From Acidobacteriota bacterium (GTDB lineage: Bacteria > Acidobacteriota > UBA6911): DNA of 64,000 nucleotides. The stretch is from NCBI GenBank assembly GCA_963664705.1, contig OY761556.1, forward strand, positions 3,264,001 to 3,328,000, given 5' to 3'. Both the position numbers and the translations under genes were made by a program. The notes under the pieces were generated by a model. The model was not told the origin of the DNA. It saw only the letters and a list, made by a program, of their open reading frames with translations, and ran no database searches. Below, piece after piece: positions 9,823 through 24,291 of the stretch; positions within the stretch are counted from its first letter, which is position 1; every line of letters begins with the position of its first letter.

Positions 9823-10662
9823 ATGGAACTCCAACCCAAAAGCTATCTGAGTCTTTTTAACCCGGACGGTGGCGTACCTTACGCACCGGGCAATCCCTCG
9901 TCTTCCGAGCCGACTCTGCTGATGCTTCTCGCATACATCGCGGCGGGAGACGGCAAAGGAGCCCAACCGCTGGTGCAATGGATTATGGAGAACCGGAATC
10001 CAGACGGATCCATCGGGCTGAACCGTGAATTCCCGGATCAAGGTCTCTGGACAACACCGCTCCTCGCCATTGCAATGCACCGCCTGGGACGGAATGCCGA
10101 CCGAGACTCGGCGATTCATTTCATCCTGAATTTTCGCTCAGCACGCGTAGCGTCATCTCCAAACAATGACATCGACACCAACCTGGTAGGCTGGTCATGG
10201 GTGGACCAGACATTCGGATGGGTGGAGCCCACGGCATGGGCACTGCTGGCACTGGAGCTTGCGGGCCAGGGTCAACATCCTCGCGCGCTCGAAGGCCGGA
10301 AGCTTTTGGAGAATCGGTGCATCCGGGAAGGTGGCTGGAATTACGGCAACAAGGTTGTTTTCAACCATACGCTGATGCCCTTCTGGGATACTACCGCTCT
10401 CGCGCTCCTGGCAATGTCCGACTATAATCCGGAACTCCGCGATAGGAATCTGGATCTGCTGGAGAAGGCTCTTCCCGAAATTCATTCGCTTTTGTCTTCA
10501 GCGCTGGTTCATCTCTGCTTTGCGCGGTTTCACAAAAAGGCTGAAAACCTGCGACAACTGATCCATGCAACGATCGGGATTTCCGACAATGCGGATCTGA
10601 ATCTTGCACATACCGCGCTTGGACTCATCGCGCTTTCCGGGAAAAGGGTGCTGACCGTATGA
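9823..10662 (+). CDS. Prenyltransferase/squalene oxidase repeat (alpha/alpha barrel) protein
   Basis: Repeats NPDGGV, RNPDGSIG, GWSW..TFGWVEPT, EGGWNYGN. Confidence 0.7.
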   Translation: MELQPKSYLSLFNPDGGVPYAPGNPSSSEPTLLMLLAYIAAGDGKGAQPLVQWIMENRNPDGSIGLNREFPDQGLWTTPLLAIAMHRLGRNADRDSAIHFILNFRSARVASSPNNDIDTNLVGWSWVDQTFGWVEPTAWALLALELAGQGQHPRALEGRKLLENRCIREGGWNYGNKVVFNHTLMPFWDTTALALLAMSDYNPELRDRNLDLLEKALPEIHSLLSSALVHLCFARFHKKAENLRQLIHATIGISDNADLNLAHTALGLIALSGKRVLTV

Positions 10663-11624
10663 ACCGACGGGAATTCCTGCGCTGGTCGCTGCATGGCCTG
10701 TGGATCTCGATGTTGGGATGCGTCGCGACCCGCTGTTCACACCGATCGCAGCCGGTTACAGTTCTTTCCGTCCCGGATCTGAATCGCGATTTTCGCAAGG
10801 ATTTTGCCCGCGTCCTGATCGATGACAAGCTGACGGTCCAAGGCAAAAAGGTTCTTCTCAAACCCAATTTTGTGGAGTTTCACCAGGGGCACCCTATCAA
10901 TACGGATGTGCGCCTGATTCAGCAGATTTCAGAGGCATGCCTCAATCTCGGGGCCAGAGAAGTAGTGGTCGCCGAAGCGGCCGGGCATCGACGGGATCCC
11001 TGGTATTCCATGTACAATCCGATTCTGAAGGAAAACCTGGATCCGCGAATCCGACGTATCGACCTGAATCACGGACCTGCGGTCCGGATTCAAAACAGGG
11101 GTCCCTACACCGGGCTTCCCCATTTCTACGTGGCCGAGCCGGTTGCCAAAGCAGACGTTGTCATCAGCATGCCCAAACTCAAAACGCATCATTGGGTAGG
11201 GGTCACGCTATCGATGAAAAATCTCTTTGGAACCCTGCCCGGCATTTTTTACGGCTGGCCCAAAAATCTGCTGCATTTGAAAGGGATTGAAAATTCCATT
11301 GTCGATCTCAATCTGACGGTTCCCGTGCACTATGCCATCATCGATGGAGTCATCGGAATGGAAGGAGATGGTCCCATTATGGGCGAAGCCAAGCAGGTTG
11401 GAGCCGTCATTATGGGCAGGAATCTGCTTGCGGTCGACTGCACCGCAGCCCGCATGATGGGATTCAATCCGAAAGAGATTTCCTATCTGCAAATGGCCTC
11501 GTCACATTTTCGCGGGCTCAACGAGGGCGATATCATTCATCGTGGAGAGGACCCTAAAAGATTTGCTGCGCGCTTTAAGTGCCTGCCCCAGTTTTCCGGG
11601 GCGCAGTTCGATGTACCGGCATAA
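10659..11624 (+). CDS. DUF362-domain protein with twin-arginine signal
   Basis: MNRREFLR Tat motif; VLLKPN, PKLKTH, TLSMKNLFG, GMEGDGP; ATGA overlap with upstream gene. Confidence 0.8.
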   Translation: MNRREFLRWSLHGLWISMLGCVATRCSHRSQPVTVLSVPDLNRDFRKDFARVLIDDKLTVQGKKVLLKPNFVEFHQGHPINTDVRLIQQISEACLNLGAREVVVAEAAGHRRDPWYSMYNPILKENLDPRIRRIDLNHGPAVRIQNRGPYTGLPHFYVAEPVAKADVVISMPKLKTHHWVGVTLSMKNLFGTLPGIFYGWPKNLLHLKGIENSIVDLNLTVPVHYAIIDGVIGMEGDGPIMGEAKQVGAVIMGRNLLAVDCTAARMMGFNPKEISYLQMASSHFRGLNEGDIIHRGEDPKRFAARFKCLPQFSGAQFDVPA

Positions 11625-11656
11625 TAAGTTGTGCGCTTGAGTGACAACCGATTCCT

Positions 11657-12721
11657 ATGAACAGCAATACTTATCCTGAACTCACCCGGCAGGATTCCGG
11701 ATCATCCATATTGACTGCAAGGGAGATGCTCTCAGCAAAACGGGCATGGAGAGACCCCTCAATCCTCGGAGACAACCTCCCGCTGATAGTCATCGTTGGT
11801 TTATACATCGCCGTTATTTATGCGGTGCATGCGGTTTGGGGAATTCGCGACAGGATTCACCTGGAATTTTATTATGAGGCGTTTGCCCGGGTTACGATTG
11901 TATTTTCGGGCCTATTCATACTTATCAATTTCCGGCAGAAGGCATACCGACGGTATCTTGACGTGCGAACGCTGGCAAGCGTTCTCACAATATTTCTTCT
12001 GGCCGCGCCCTTCAACAGTGCTTTTGTCAGCTTCAAACAAAGCCTCCCTTTGGTTCACCCGTTCCAGTGGGATTCCACTTTGATGAAGCTGGATTCCGGC
12101 CTTCATTTTGGACATCAGGCCTGGGAATGGATGAGGTTTCTCCTCAAATACCCTTTGCTCATCCGTATTATCGATAAGGCTTATATGGCCTGGTTTATTC
12201 TTCTCACCGGTTCATGCCTGTGGATGGCCTGGACGCGCCGGCGCGATCTGCGGCGCTGCTATCTTGTATCCGCACTTCTCACCTGGATTGTGCTGGGCTC
12301 GGGCTTTGCCACGCTCTTTTCCAGCGTCGGACCCTGCTATTATGCCAAAGTCGTCAAAAGCGGAGATAGTCCTTATGCTCCCCTGATGGAAAGGCTTTCT
12401 GAAATTGATCGAGAAACGCCTTTGAAGGCCGTATATAACCAGGAAGGATTGTGGGAGGCCTATCAGCAGGGGACATGGCTTCCATTTGGCGGAATTTCCG
12501 CGATGCCGAGCATTCACGTTGCGATTGCCACTCTCTATGCCCTGCTGGCATTCAACATACGCCGATGGTTGGGCTATATCTTTGCAGCGTATGCACTGCT
12601 TATCCAGGTCGGATCCGTCATCCTTGGTTGGCATTATGCAGTGGATGGATACATGGGGATTGCCCTGACTATTGCGATCTGGTTTTCGGTAAAGCGCTGG
12701 GTACGTCGCCATCCCGCCTAA
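11657..12721 (+). CDS. PAP2_3 / inositol-phosphoceramide synthase (Aur1)-like membrane phosphotransferase
   Basis: SVGPCYY, AMPSIHVA and GWHYAVDG catalytic motifs; multi-TM. Confidence 0.8.
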   Translation: MNSNTYPELTRQDSGSSILTAREMLSAKRAWRDPSILGDNLPLIVIVGLYIAVIYAVHAVWGIRDRIHLEFYYEAFARVTIVFSGLFILINFRQKAYRRYLDVRTLASVLTIFLLAAPFNSAFVSFKQSLPLVHPFQWDSTLMKLDSGLHFGHQAWEWMRFLLKYPLLIRIIDKAYMAWFILLTGSCLWMAWTRRRDLRRCYLVSALLTWIVLGSGFATLFSSVGPCYYAKVVKSGDSPYAPLMERLSEIDRETPLKAVYNQEGLWEAYQQGTWLPFGGISAMPSIHVAIATLYALLAFNIRRWLGYIFAAYALLIQVGSVILGWHYAVDGYMGIALTIAIWFSVKRWVRRHPA

Positions 12722-12930
12722 TGCAGCACTGGCCCCACTGAGAGCGCCGCTGTCCCGCCTAATGCACACTATTTGTTCCGAGCCCTGCAACGCGAGTGGA
12801 GCAACAGGCCCGGAGGGCCGAAAGATCGTAGACATAATGGAGTGATCGGTCTCTAGCATGTAATATCGTGGGTTACAGCTGAAGTCGTGGTGACGAAGCT
12901 GCAGAGCCATAAAACATGAGGAGACCGATC

Positions 12931-14025
12931 ATGGCAGATTGTATCACTTGGGTAGGGATGGATGATTCAGCAAAAAAGATAAACGTCGCAATTTTTCGCG
13001 GGCAGGAAAGTAACCCTCGAGAAGAACTTGTTGTATCAAACGACAGTACGGGGCTGGGTCGGTTAGCGAAAAAGCTAAGGGCATTTGAAGATGATGTACG
13101 GTGCGTCTACGAAGCGGGCGTTAATGGATACTATTTGCAGCGCTATTTGGCCAAACATGGGATTTCTTGTGAGGTTGCGGCCCCTTCGTTGACTCCGAGA
13201 CGAGCGGGGAAAAAAGTAAAAACGGATAAGCTGGATGCGAAAGCCTTGGGCAAATTGTACCGAGCGGGAGAACTAACATGTATTGTGATCCCGCAAAAAG
13301 AACAGGAAAGTCTGCGAGATCTGGTGCGTGCGCGAGAAGACGCATTGGAAGACCAGCAGCGAGCACGGCATCGATTAGCACGGTTTCTGATGCGACGTGG
13401 ATTGAAATATCCGCAGGGCAAGAACTGGTCGCTTGGGCACCTAAAGTGGATTAAGAGCCTTGTGTTTGAGGATGATGGGGATCAAACAGTACTGGAGGAA
13501 TATCGACAGGCGCTTGAGCAACAGACGGAGCGGTTGAAAACATTCCAGGGAAAAATCGAGGAAGTTGCAAAACAGCCGAACTATCAAAAGCGAGTCAGCT
13601 ATTTGATGGCGCTAAAAGGCGTTCAGGTTCTGACGGCGATGACGATTATCGCAGAAGCGCTCGATTTAAGACGGTTCGTTGATGCGCCTTCGTTTATGGC
13701 CGCTATTGGGGTGGTGCCTTCGGAAAGCAGCTCAGGTGAACTTGAAAGACGGGGAAGGATAACCAAAACGGGAAACAGCCACCTACGTAGGGTGCTGATC
13801 GAAAGCGCCTGGCACTACCGTCATTCTTCAGTAGCTGGCAAAACTCTCAAGAAACGACGAGAGTGTTTGCCGGCAGAAGTTATCGAGATTGCACAACGTT
13901 GCGATAAGCGATTGAATCAAAAATTCCGACGCATGCTCAACCGAGGGAAAGAAAGACAAAAGATCGCGGTTGCGGTAAGTCGAGAATTGGCAGGATTTAT
14001 CTGGGCTATCGGTCGTGTTGCATGA
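12931..14025 (+). CDS. IS110-family DEDD transposase/recombinase
   Basis: GMD, YEAG and KTDKLDA (DEDD) plus C-terminal PSESSSG..RGRITKTGN with catalytic Ser; RBS GAGGAG before ATG 12931. Confidence 0.95.
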   Translation: MADCITWVGMDDSAKKINVAIFRGQESNPREELVVSNDSTGLGRLAKKLRAFEDDVRCVYEAGVNGYYLQRYLAKHGISCEVAAPSLTPRRAGKKVKTDKLDAKALGKLYRAGELTCIVIPQKEQESLRDLVRAREDALEDQQRARHRLARFLMRRGLKYPQGKNWSLGHLKWIKSLVFEDDGDQTVLEEYRQALEQQTERLKTFQGKIEEVAKQPNYQKRVSYLMALKGVQVLTAMTIIAEALDLRRFVDAPSFMAAIGVVPSESSSGELERRGRITKTGNSHLRRVLIESAWHYRHSSVAGKTLKKRRECLPAEVIEIAQRCDKRLNQKFRRMLNRGKERQKIAVAVSRELAGFIWAIGRVA

Positions 14026-14097
14026 CATAAGGCACCAGCTCTTGCAGCTATTTTGTTCTTCAATGGATTAATAACGGAAACATTCGGTTAGTGAACG

Positions 14098-14285
14098 GAA
14101 CAGGAGATCGAGTTCCAGGCTTCGAAAGGAGAAACCTCGACCTGGCTATGTTGGTATGGGAAACCAGAATCCACGGAAGTAGAGTGAGGCCGCTCCCGAT
14201 GAATCAGTTGTCATGCGTGCTTATCGACCCGCGAATATCAGATTGATTATCGTCGCTGTTGCCAACTCGATCCCCTGTTCTTTTT
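14098..14285 (+). ncRNA. Putative bridge/seek RNA of the IS110/IS1111 element
   Basis: Closing stem 14098-14114 with 14264-14280 (16/17), then a T-run; internal segments match the REP target (CCTGGCTA, GGAAGTAG) and the donor junction (ATATCAG). Confidence 0.7.
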
Positions 14286-14501
14286 ACTGGCTGATTTATT
14301 TATGAACCGAAGAAAACCAAAATGAACGAACAAGGAACGGATTGATTGTACTTGACCGATCACTCCATATCAGCCGGGGGTGAAGCGCAGCGAACCCCCG
14401 GTAGAGATTAGCGCGCGAAAGAGCCCGGGTAGGGCGACAGAAACGGTTAAATGAACCCCTCTCCAATGTTCAACCTTAGGTTATGTGGAGGAACGAAAAT
14501 G

Positions 14502-14650
14502 TCTTTCGCCCCCTCCGGGCTCTTTTTACTTTCATGCTATCCGGGGGTTCGCAAAAAGCGCTCACCCCCGGCTACTTTCTGACCGCCCCGCCGGGACTGA
14601 GATGCAACGCGCTTCCAGCTTCCTCGGGCAAATTATATGCAGCATTAGTC
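14502..14650 (-). repeat. REP-like element copy B (inverted partner of copy A)
   Basis: TCTTTCGCCCC..GGGCTC...CCGGGGGTTCGC..GCGCTCACCCCCGGCTACTTTCTGA; near-colinear with 37067-37215. Confidence 0.85.
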
Positions 14651-14748
14651 GTCCCGGCGGCAACGGCTGTGGTGGATGCAAACCTGCTCTTGCCCCCGAG
14701 ACGGCGGCGCTCCCAGCAGGACGGATTCCAGTAAAAAATGGCCTACCA

Positions 14749-14794
14749 ATAAAAAACCGCGGATTTCCAGGACGCACCCGAAAATCCGCGGTTT
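14749..14794 (-). terminator. Terminator of the rpoBC operon
   Basis: 13-bp stem AAACCGCGGATTT/AAATCCGCGGTTT followed by a U-run on the minus strand, ~25 bp after the rpoC stop. Confidence 0.75.
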
Positions 14795-14818
14795 GATGGC
14801 TATTGCCGATTACCTATA

Positions 14819-17800
14819 TTAGCCGAAATCGGCGCGCTTATTTTTCACAGCGTCGAGATCCAGGTTCCCACCCAGAAGGTCGGCTTCCAGATCCGGTTCA
14901 CCGCCCTCCGCTTCAGCCGGTTCCATCGGAACCATCTGCTCGGTGAGCTTGATATTGTGGTAATACTCCATTCCCGTACCGGCGGGAATGAGGCGTCCCA
15001 TGATCACATTCTCCTTCAGACCCCGCAGGTAATCGACCTTTCCGCTGATGGCGGCTTCGGTCAGAACGCGGGTGGTTTCCTGGAAGGATGCGGCTGAAAT
15101 AAAGCTGTCGGTCGAGAGCGAAGCCTTCGTGATGCCGAGCAGTAGTGGCCGGCCTTTGGCAGGCGCTCCACCGGCAGCCTCAACGCGTTCGTTCTCTTCG
15201 TAGAATCGGAACTTATCCACCTGTTCTTCGAGCAGAAATTCCGTATCGCCGACTTCCTCAACCTTGATCCAGCGCATCATCTGGCGAACGATCACCTCGA
15301 TGTGCTTATCGTTAATGTTGACGCCCTGCAGACGATACACCTCCTGGATTTCGTTCACCAGGTAGCTCTGCAGTTCTTTTTCGCCCAGTACACGCAGAAT
15401 ATCGTGCGGGTTGCGCGGACCATCCATCAAGGCCTCACCGGCGCGGACATACTCACCTTCCTGCACGTTAATATGCACGCCGCGAGGAAGCAGGTATTCC
15501 TTGATCATGCCGCTTTCGTGATGAACTTCGATCTTCCGCTGACCGCGCACCAACCCAGCGTATTTGACCACGCCGTCGATTTCGGTGATAACCGCGGTTT
15601 CCTTCGGCTTCCGGGCTTCGAACAACTCGACGATGCGCGGCAAACCTCCGGTAATATCCTTGGTTTTACGCGTTTCGCGAGGAATCTTTGCCATGATGCT
15701 TCCGGGGAACACCTCTTCGCCGTTGTCGACCCAGAGATGCGCCTTGGATGGCAACAGGTAGCTCTTGACCACCTTGCCCTTGTCGTTTTTGATGCCGATC
15801 TGCGGCTGGTATTTCTCGTCCGGAGACTCCGTGATGACCTGGCGCACGAGACCCGTGTTTTCGTCACGTTCCTCTTTGACCGTAATGCCATCATGGATAT
15901 CCTTGAACACGATCGTTCCGCCGAACTCGGTCAGAATCGCGAAGGAATACGGATCCCATTCAACGAGAATCTGGCCGGGTTTGATCTTCTGCCCTTCCTT
16001 GACCTTCAGAATGGCGCCGTATGCTACGGAGTAGCGTTCCTTCTCGCGTCCCGCCTCGTCGGCAATGATCAGCGTACCGTTGCGGTTCATCACAACCAGG
16101 TTGCCGTCTCGGTTGGTGACATGCTGGATGTTGAGGAACTTGACGATACCTTCATTCTTGGACTCTTCGGTCGACTGCTCATGCGTTCTGCTCGCCGTGC
16201 CGCCGATGTGGAAGGTTCTCATCGTCAACTGCGTACCGGGCTCACCAATGGATTGCGCCGCGATAACGCCGGTGGCCTCGCCAAGGTCCACCAGTTGTCC
16301 GGTGGCCAGGTTGCGACCATAGCATTTAATGCAAACGCCGCGCTTCGCTTTGCAGGTCAACACCGAACGGATCTTGACCCGTTCGATGCCAGCCGCCTGA
16401 ATATCGGCAGCCAGGGTTTCCGTAATTTCATCATTGATTCCGCAGATTGTCTCGCCGGTGAGCGGATCCTTGATATTTTCAAGCGATACGCGTCCCACGA
16501 TACGGTCACGGAGAGGCTCGATGATCTCGCCGCCCTCAATGATCGAAGTTACATAGATTCCATCCAATGTGCTGCAATCCTGGGTGGAAATAATGACGTC
16601 CTGCGCCACATCAACAAGCCTTCGGGTCAGGTATCCGGAATCGGCCGTCTTGAGCGCCGTATCCGCCAACCCCTTGCGGGCGCCGTGCGTTGAAATGAAG
16701 TACTGCAACACCGTCAACCCCTCGCGGAAATTGGCGGTGATCGGCGTTTCAATAATTTCGCCTGACGGCTTGGCCATCAAACCGCGCATGCCGGCCAGCT
16801 GACGAATCTGCTGTTTGCTGCCGCGGGCGCCCGAATCGGCCATGATGTAGATCGGGTTGAATTCATACCCGCCCTCATCCTGCTGGGCCATCTTGCGGAA
16901 CATTTCATCCGATACCTTTTCCGTAACATCCGACCAGATATCGATGATCTTGTTGTAGCGCTCGCCGTCGGTAATGGCGCCGTCCTGGTACTGCTTTTCG
17001 ACCTCGATCACGCTTGAACGCGCATCGTCAACAAGGTCGGCCTTGCTTTCGGGCACGACCAGGTCATCGATGCCAATCGAGATCCCTGCCTTGGTCGCAT
17101 GCAGGAAACCGAGGTCCTTCAGGTCGTCCAGCATTTTGACGGTAGTGTCGAGACCGAACTGCAGGTAGCAGTAGTTCACGAGCTGCTGCAGACCTTTTTT
17201 CTTCAGCAGACCGTTGACGAATGGCATCCCCTTGGGAAGAATGGAATTCAGGACAAGGCGGCCAATCGTGGTGTTAACGAACTCGTTCTTCACATCGCGT
17301 ACTTCCGCGCGCATCACGGCCTGATCGTCATACTGCGTCGTCAGATCCATCAACGGGCCGGTGTAGCGATACCGGATCGGAGTTAGCCGTTCCACCATGC
17401 TGTTGTCGAGAGCAAACATCGCTTCATCGAACGTACCGAACGCACGGCCTTCTCCCTTGGTCCCCTTCTTCGCCTTCGTCAGGTAGTAGCAACCCAACAC
17501 GATATCCTGGCTGGGGATGGCGATCGGCTGGCCATTCGCCGGCGAGAGAATATTGTTGCTGCTCAGCATGAGCACCGATGCTTCGATCTGGGCTTCCGGC
17601 GAAAGCGGAATGTGTACGGCCATCTGGTCGCCGTCGAAATCGGCGTTGAACGCGGCGCAGACCAGGGGTGGGATCTTGATGGCTTTCCCTTCAACCAGCA
17701 CCGGCTCAAAAGCCTGGATACCGAGTCTGTGCAGCGTCGGAGCGCGGTTCAACAATACCGGATGATCCTTGATAACCTCTTCGAGGATATCCCACACCAC

Positions 17801-19018
17801 CGATTCCTGCCGCTCGACCATTTCCTTGGCGCCCTTGATGGTCGCAGCATGTCCTTCCTTCTCCAGCCGGTTATAGATGAACGGCTTGAAGAGCTCGAGA
17901 GCCATTTTCTTGGGCAGACCGCATTGATGCAGCTTCAGTTCGGGACCGACTACGATCACCGAACGGCCGGAATAGTCGACGCGTTTTCCGAGGAGGTTCT
18001 GACGGAATCGTCCGGACTTCCCTTTGAGCGTGTCGCTGAGGGATTTCAACGGGCGGTTATTGGCACCACGAAGCACGCGGCCGCGCCGTCCGTTGTCGAA
18101 CATCGCATCCACCGCTTCCTGCAGCATGCGCTTCTCGTTGCGGATGATGACTTCGGGTGCACGCAACTCCATCAGCTTTTTCAACCGGTTGTTCCGGTTG
18201 ATGACGCGCCGATAGAGGTCGTTCAGATCCGATGTGGCAAATCGGCCGCCATCCAGTGGGACCAGGGGGCGCAGTTCGGGCGGGATGACCGGGATGACGT
18301 CCAGAATCATCCATTCCGGCTTATTCCCGGATTTGCGGAAAGCATCCACGACTTTCAGCCGTTTGGCATACTTGATTCTCTTCAGTTGGGACGTTTCCGT
18401 CTTCATGGCGGCGCGCAGTTCATCCGCGATCTCTTCAATATCGACTCTCTTCAAGAGTTCCTTGATCGCTTCCGCACCCATCATCGCCCTGAATTTGCCG
18501 GGGAATTCCTGGATCAATGCCCGGTATTTTTCCTCATTCAGGAGTTCGCCCGATTTGACCGGCGCTTCGCCGGAATCAATCACGACATAGGCTTCAAAAT
18601 AGAGCACTCGTTCCAGATCCCTGAGGCTGATATCGAGTAGATGGCCGATCCGGCTGGGCAATCCTTTGAAGAACCAGACATGCGAACAAGGGGATGCGAG
18701 CTCAATATGGCCGAGTCTTTCACGGCGCACCTTCGAAAGGGTGACTTCAACGCCGCACTTGTCGCATACCACGCCCCGGTACTTCATGCGCTTGTACTTG
18801 CCGCACAAGCATTCCCAGTCTGTAACCGGGCCAAAGATCCGAGCACAGAAGAGTCCGTCTTTTTCCGGTTTGAAAGTACGATAGTTGATCGTTTCGGGTT
18901 TGGTCACTTCACCGCGCGACCATGCCCGTATCTTTTCCGGAGACGCAAGGCTGATTCGAATGCTGTCGAAATCAGTGCTCAAATCCGATTTTTCCATTAC
19001 ATCTTTAAAACTTCTCAA
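14819..19018 (-). CDS. rpoC: DNA-directed RNA polymerase beta' subunit
   Basis: [11 protein letters not shown] catalytic motif, zinc finger CLCGKY..CDKC, 1399 aa. Confidence 0.99.
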   Translation of the reverse strand: MRSFKDVMEKSDLSTDFDSIRISLASPEKIRAWSRGEVTKPETINYRTFKPEKDGLFCARIFGPVTDWECLCGKYKRMKYRGVVCDKCGVEVTLSKVRRERLGHIELASPCSHVWFFKGLPSRIGHLLDISLRDLERVLYFEAYVVIDSGEAPVKSGELLNEEKYRALIQEFPGKFRAMMGAEAIKELLKRVDIEEIADELRAAMKTETSQLKRIKYAKRLKVVDAFRKSGNKPEWMILDVIPVIPPELRPLVPLDGGRFATSDLNDLYRRVINRNNRLKKLMELRAPEVIIRNEKRMLQEAVDAMFDNGRRGRVLRGANNRPLKSLSDTLKGKSGRFRQNLLGKRVDYSGRSVIVVGPELKLHQCGLPKKMALELFKPFIYNRLEKEGHAATIKGAKEMVERQESVVWDILEEVIKDHPVLLNRAPTLHRLGIQAFEPVLVEGKAIKIPPLVCAAFNADFDGDQMAVHIPLSPEAQIEASVLMLSSNNILSPANGQPIAIPSQDIVLGCYYLTKAKKGTKGEGRAFGTFDEAMFALDNSMVERLTPIRYRYTGPLMDLTTQYDDQAVMRAEVRDVKNEFVNTTIGRLVLNSILPKGMPFVNGLLKKKGLQQLVNYCYLQFGLDTTVKMLDDLKDLGFLHATKAGISIGIDDLVVPESKADLVDDARSSVIEVEKQYQDGAITDGERYNKIIDIWSDVTEKVSDEMFRKMAQQDEGGYEFNPIYIMADSGARGSKQQIRQLAGMRGLMAKPSGEIIETPITANFREGLTVLQYFISTHGARKGLADTALKTADSGYLTRRLVDVAQDVIISTQDCSTLDGIYVTSIIEGGEIIEPLRDRIVGRVSLENIKDPLTGETICGINDEITETLAADIQAAGIERVKIRSVLTCKAKRGVCIKCYGRNLATGQLVDLGEATGVIAAQSIGEPGTQLTMRTFHIGGTASRTHEQSTEESKNEGIVKFLNIQHVTNRDGNLVVMNRNGTLIIADEAGREKERYSVAYGAILKVKEGQKIKPGQILVEWDPYSFAILTEFGGTIVFKDIHDGITVKEERDENTGLVRQVITESPDEKYQPQIGIKNDKGKVVKSYLLPSKAHLWVDNGEEVFPGSIMAKIPRETRKTKDITGGLPRIVELFEARKPKETAVITEIDGVVKYAGLVRGQRKIEVHHESGMIKEYLLPRGVHINVQEGEYVRAGEALMDGPRNPHDILRVLGEKELQSYLVNEIQEVYRLQGVNINDKHIEVIVRQMMRWIKVEEVGDTEFLLEEQVDKFRFYEENERVEAAGGAPAKGRPLLLGITKASLSTDSFISAASFQETTRVLTEAAISGKVDYLRGLKENVIMGRLIPAGTGMEYYHNIKLTEQMVPMEPAEAEGGEPDLEADLLGGNLDLDAVKNKRADFG

Positions 19019-19098
19019 TTGGCCCCCCCAATTTTTGTATGAGGTTTCGCTTTTAATCTCTTCGTCTCTAGTTCAACGTCCCTTGGTTTAACCAAATA

Positions 19099-19161
19099 AT
19101 TGACGATTGCGGATTTACGATTGACGATTGTTTCAAATCGTCAACCGCCAATCGCAAATCA

Positions 19162-19163
<2 letters not shown>
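19099..19163. repeat. Heptamer-built hairpin between rpoB and rpoC
   Basis: ATTGACG ATTGCGG ATTTACG ATTGACG ... AATCGTC AACCGCC AATCGCA AATCATC. Confidence 0.8.
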
Positions 19164-23465
<4,302 letters not shown>

Positions 23466-23644
23466 TGAAAAATTTACCTCGAAAAGCTCAGTTAAATTTC
23501 GATGTGGGGAGATCCCAAAACAAGGGATAAAAAGCGGAAAGGCACACTTCGACCTTTATCCGCCTGAGAGCGAAAGATGAGTAATTCTGTTTCCCCGAAT
23601 CTGAAGGTCGTCGCATAATGGACCTCATATTGGGGCGATCTTTA

Positions 23645-23714
23645 CTGCGGATTGCGGATTGCAGATTGCGGAGTCAGGGGTAAATCCACAATCCCCAATC
23701 CGAAGTCCGCAATC
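23645..23714. repeat. Heptamer-built hairpin (TTGCGGA-type / AATCCGC-type)
   Basis: CTGCGGATTGCGGATTGCAGATTGCGGA...TCCACAATCCCCAATCCGAAGTCCGCAATC. Confidence 0.8.
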
Positions 23715-23792
23715 AGTTGATCTCCACGGTTGCGCCGGCTTTGGCTAATCTGTTTTTGATGGCGTCCGCCTTTTTTTGTTGGTGTTCTCCAA
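23713..23792 (-). pseudogene. Diverged partial duplicate of the rplL 3' end
   Basis: Minus strand reads ...KKADAIKNRLAKAGATVEIN*, versus RplL ...[20 protein letters not shown]. Confidence 0.75.
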
Positions 23793-23801
23793 CGCGAATT
23801 A

Positions 23802-23851
23802 AGGATTGAGGATTGAGGGAGTTGGCCACAATCCCCAATCCGATATCCGCC
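23802..23851. repeat. Heptamer-built hairpin directly after the rplL stop
   Basis: AGGATTGAGGATTGAGG...CCACAATCCCCAATCCGATATCCG. Confidence 0.7.
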
Positions 23852-23853
23852 AT

Positions 23854-24240
23854 TTACTTGATCTCAACGGTTGCGCCGGCTTCCTCGAACTTCTTCTTGA
23901 TGGAATCGGCTTCTTCCTTGCTGACGCCTTCTTTGATCGGTTTGGGAGCGCCCTCAACCAGGTCCTTTGCCTCTTTCAGACCGAGGTTGGTGACTTCGCG
24001 GACGGCCTTGATCACGTTGATCTTCTTGTCGCCAACGGTGGCAAGGATCACGTTGAATTCAGTTTTTTCCTCGACCGGAGCGGCTGCGGCGGCAGCGCCT
24101 ACACCCGGCATGGCCATCGGCATGGCAGCGGCAGCGCTGATGCCATATTTATCTTCAAGGCTCTTTACCAGGTCCGAAATTTCCAGCATCGTTGCCTGAT
24201 CGATCCATTCCATTACTTCAATCTTTGTAATCGCCATCAT
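23854..24240 (-). CDS. rplL: 50S ribosomal protein L7/L12
   Basis: [31 protein letters not shown]. Confidence 0.99.
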   Translation of the reverse strand: MMAITKIEVMEWIDQATMLEISDLVKSLEDKYGISAAAAMPMAMPGVGAAAAAAPVEEKTEFNVILATVGDKKINVIKAVREVTNLGLKEAKDLVEGAPKPIKEGVSKEEADSIKKKFEEAGATVEIK

Positions 24241-24291
24241 TTACTCCTATAGGATTTTAGTAGAGATGAATTGCCGATTCTTCTGGACTCC

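Larger units (their letters stand above)
12830..14373 (+). mobile_element. IS110-family (IS1111-type) insertion sequence
   Basis: Perfect 15-bp subterminal IRs ATGGAGTGATCGGTC (12837-12851) and GACCGATCACTCCAT (14354-14368); AG core at both ends (12830-31, 14372-73); flanks rejoin into a REP copy like 36836-36890; long 3' non-coding end. Confidence 0.92.
12805..14442 (+). repeat. REP-like palindromic element copy A, split by the IS (12805-12831 plus 14372-14442)
   Basis: CAGGCCCGGAGGGCCGAAAGATCGTAG|CCGGGGGTGAAGCGCAGCGAACCCCCGG aligns with the intact copy at 36836. Confidence 0.85.
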
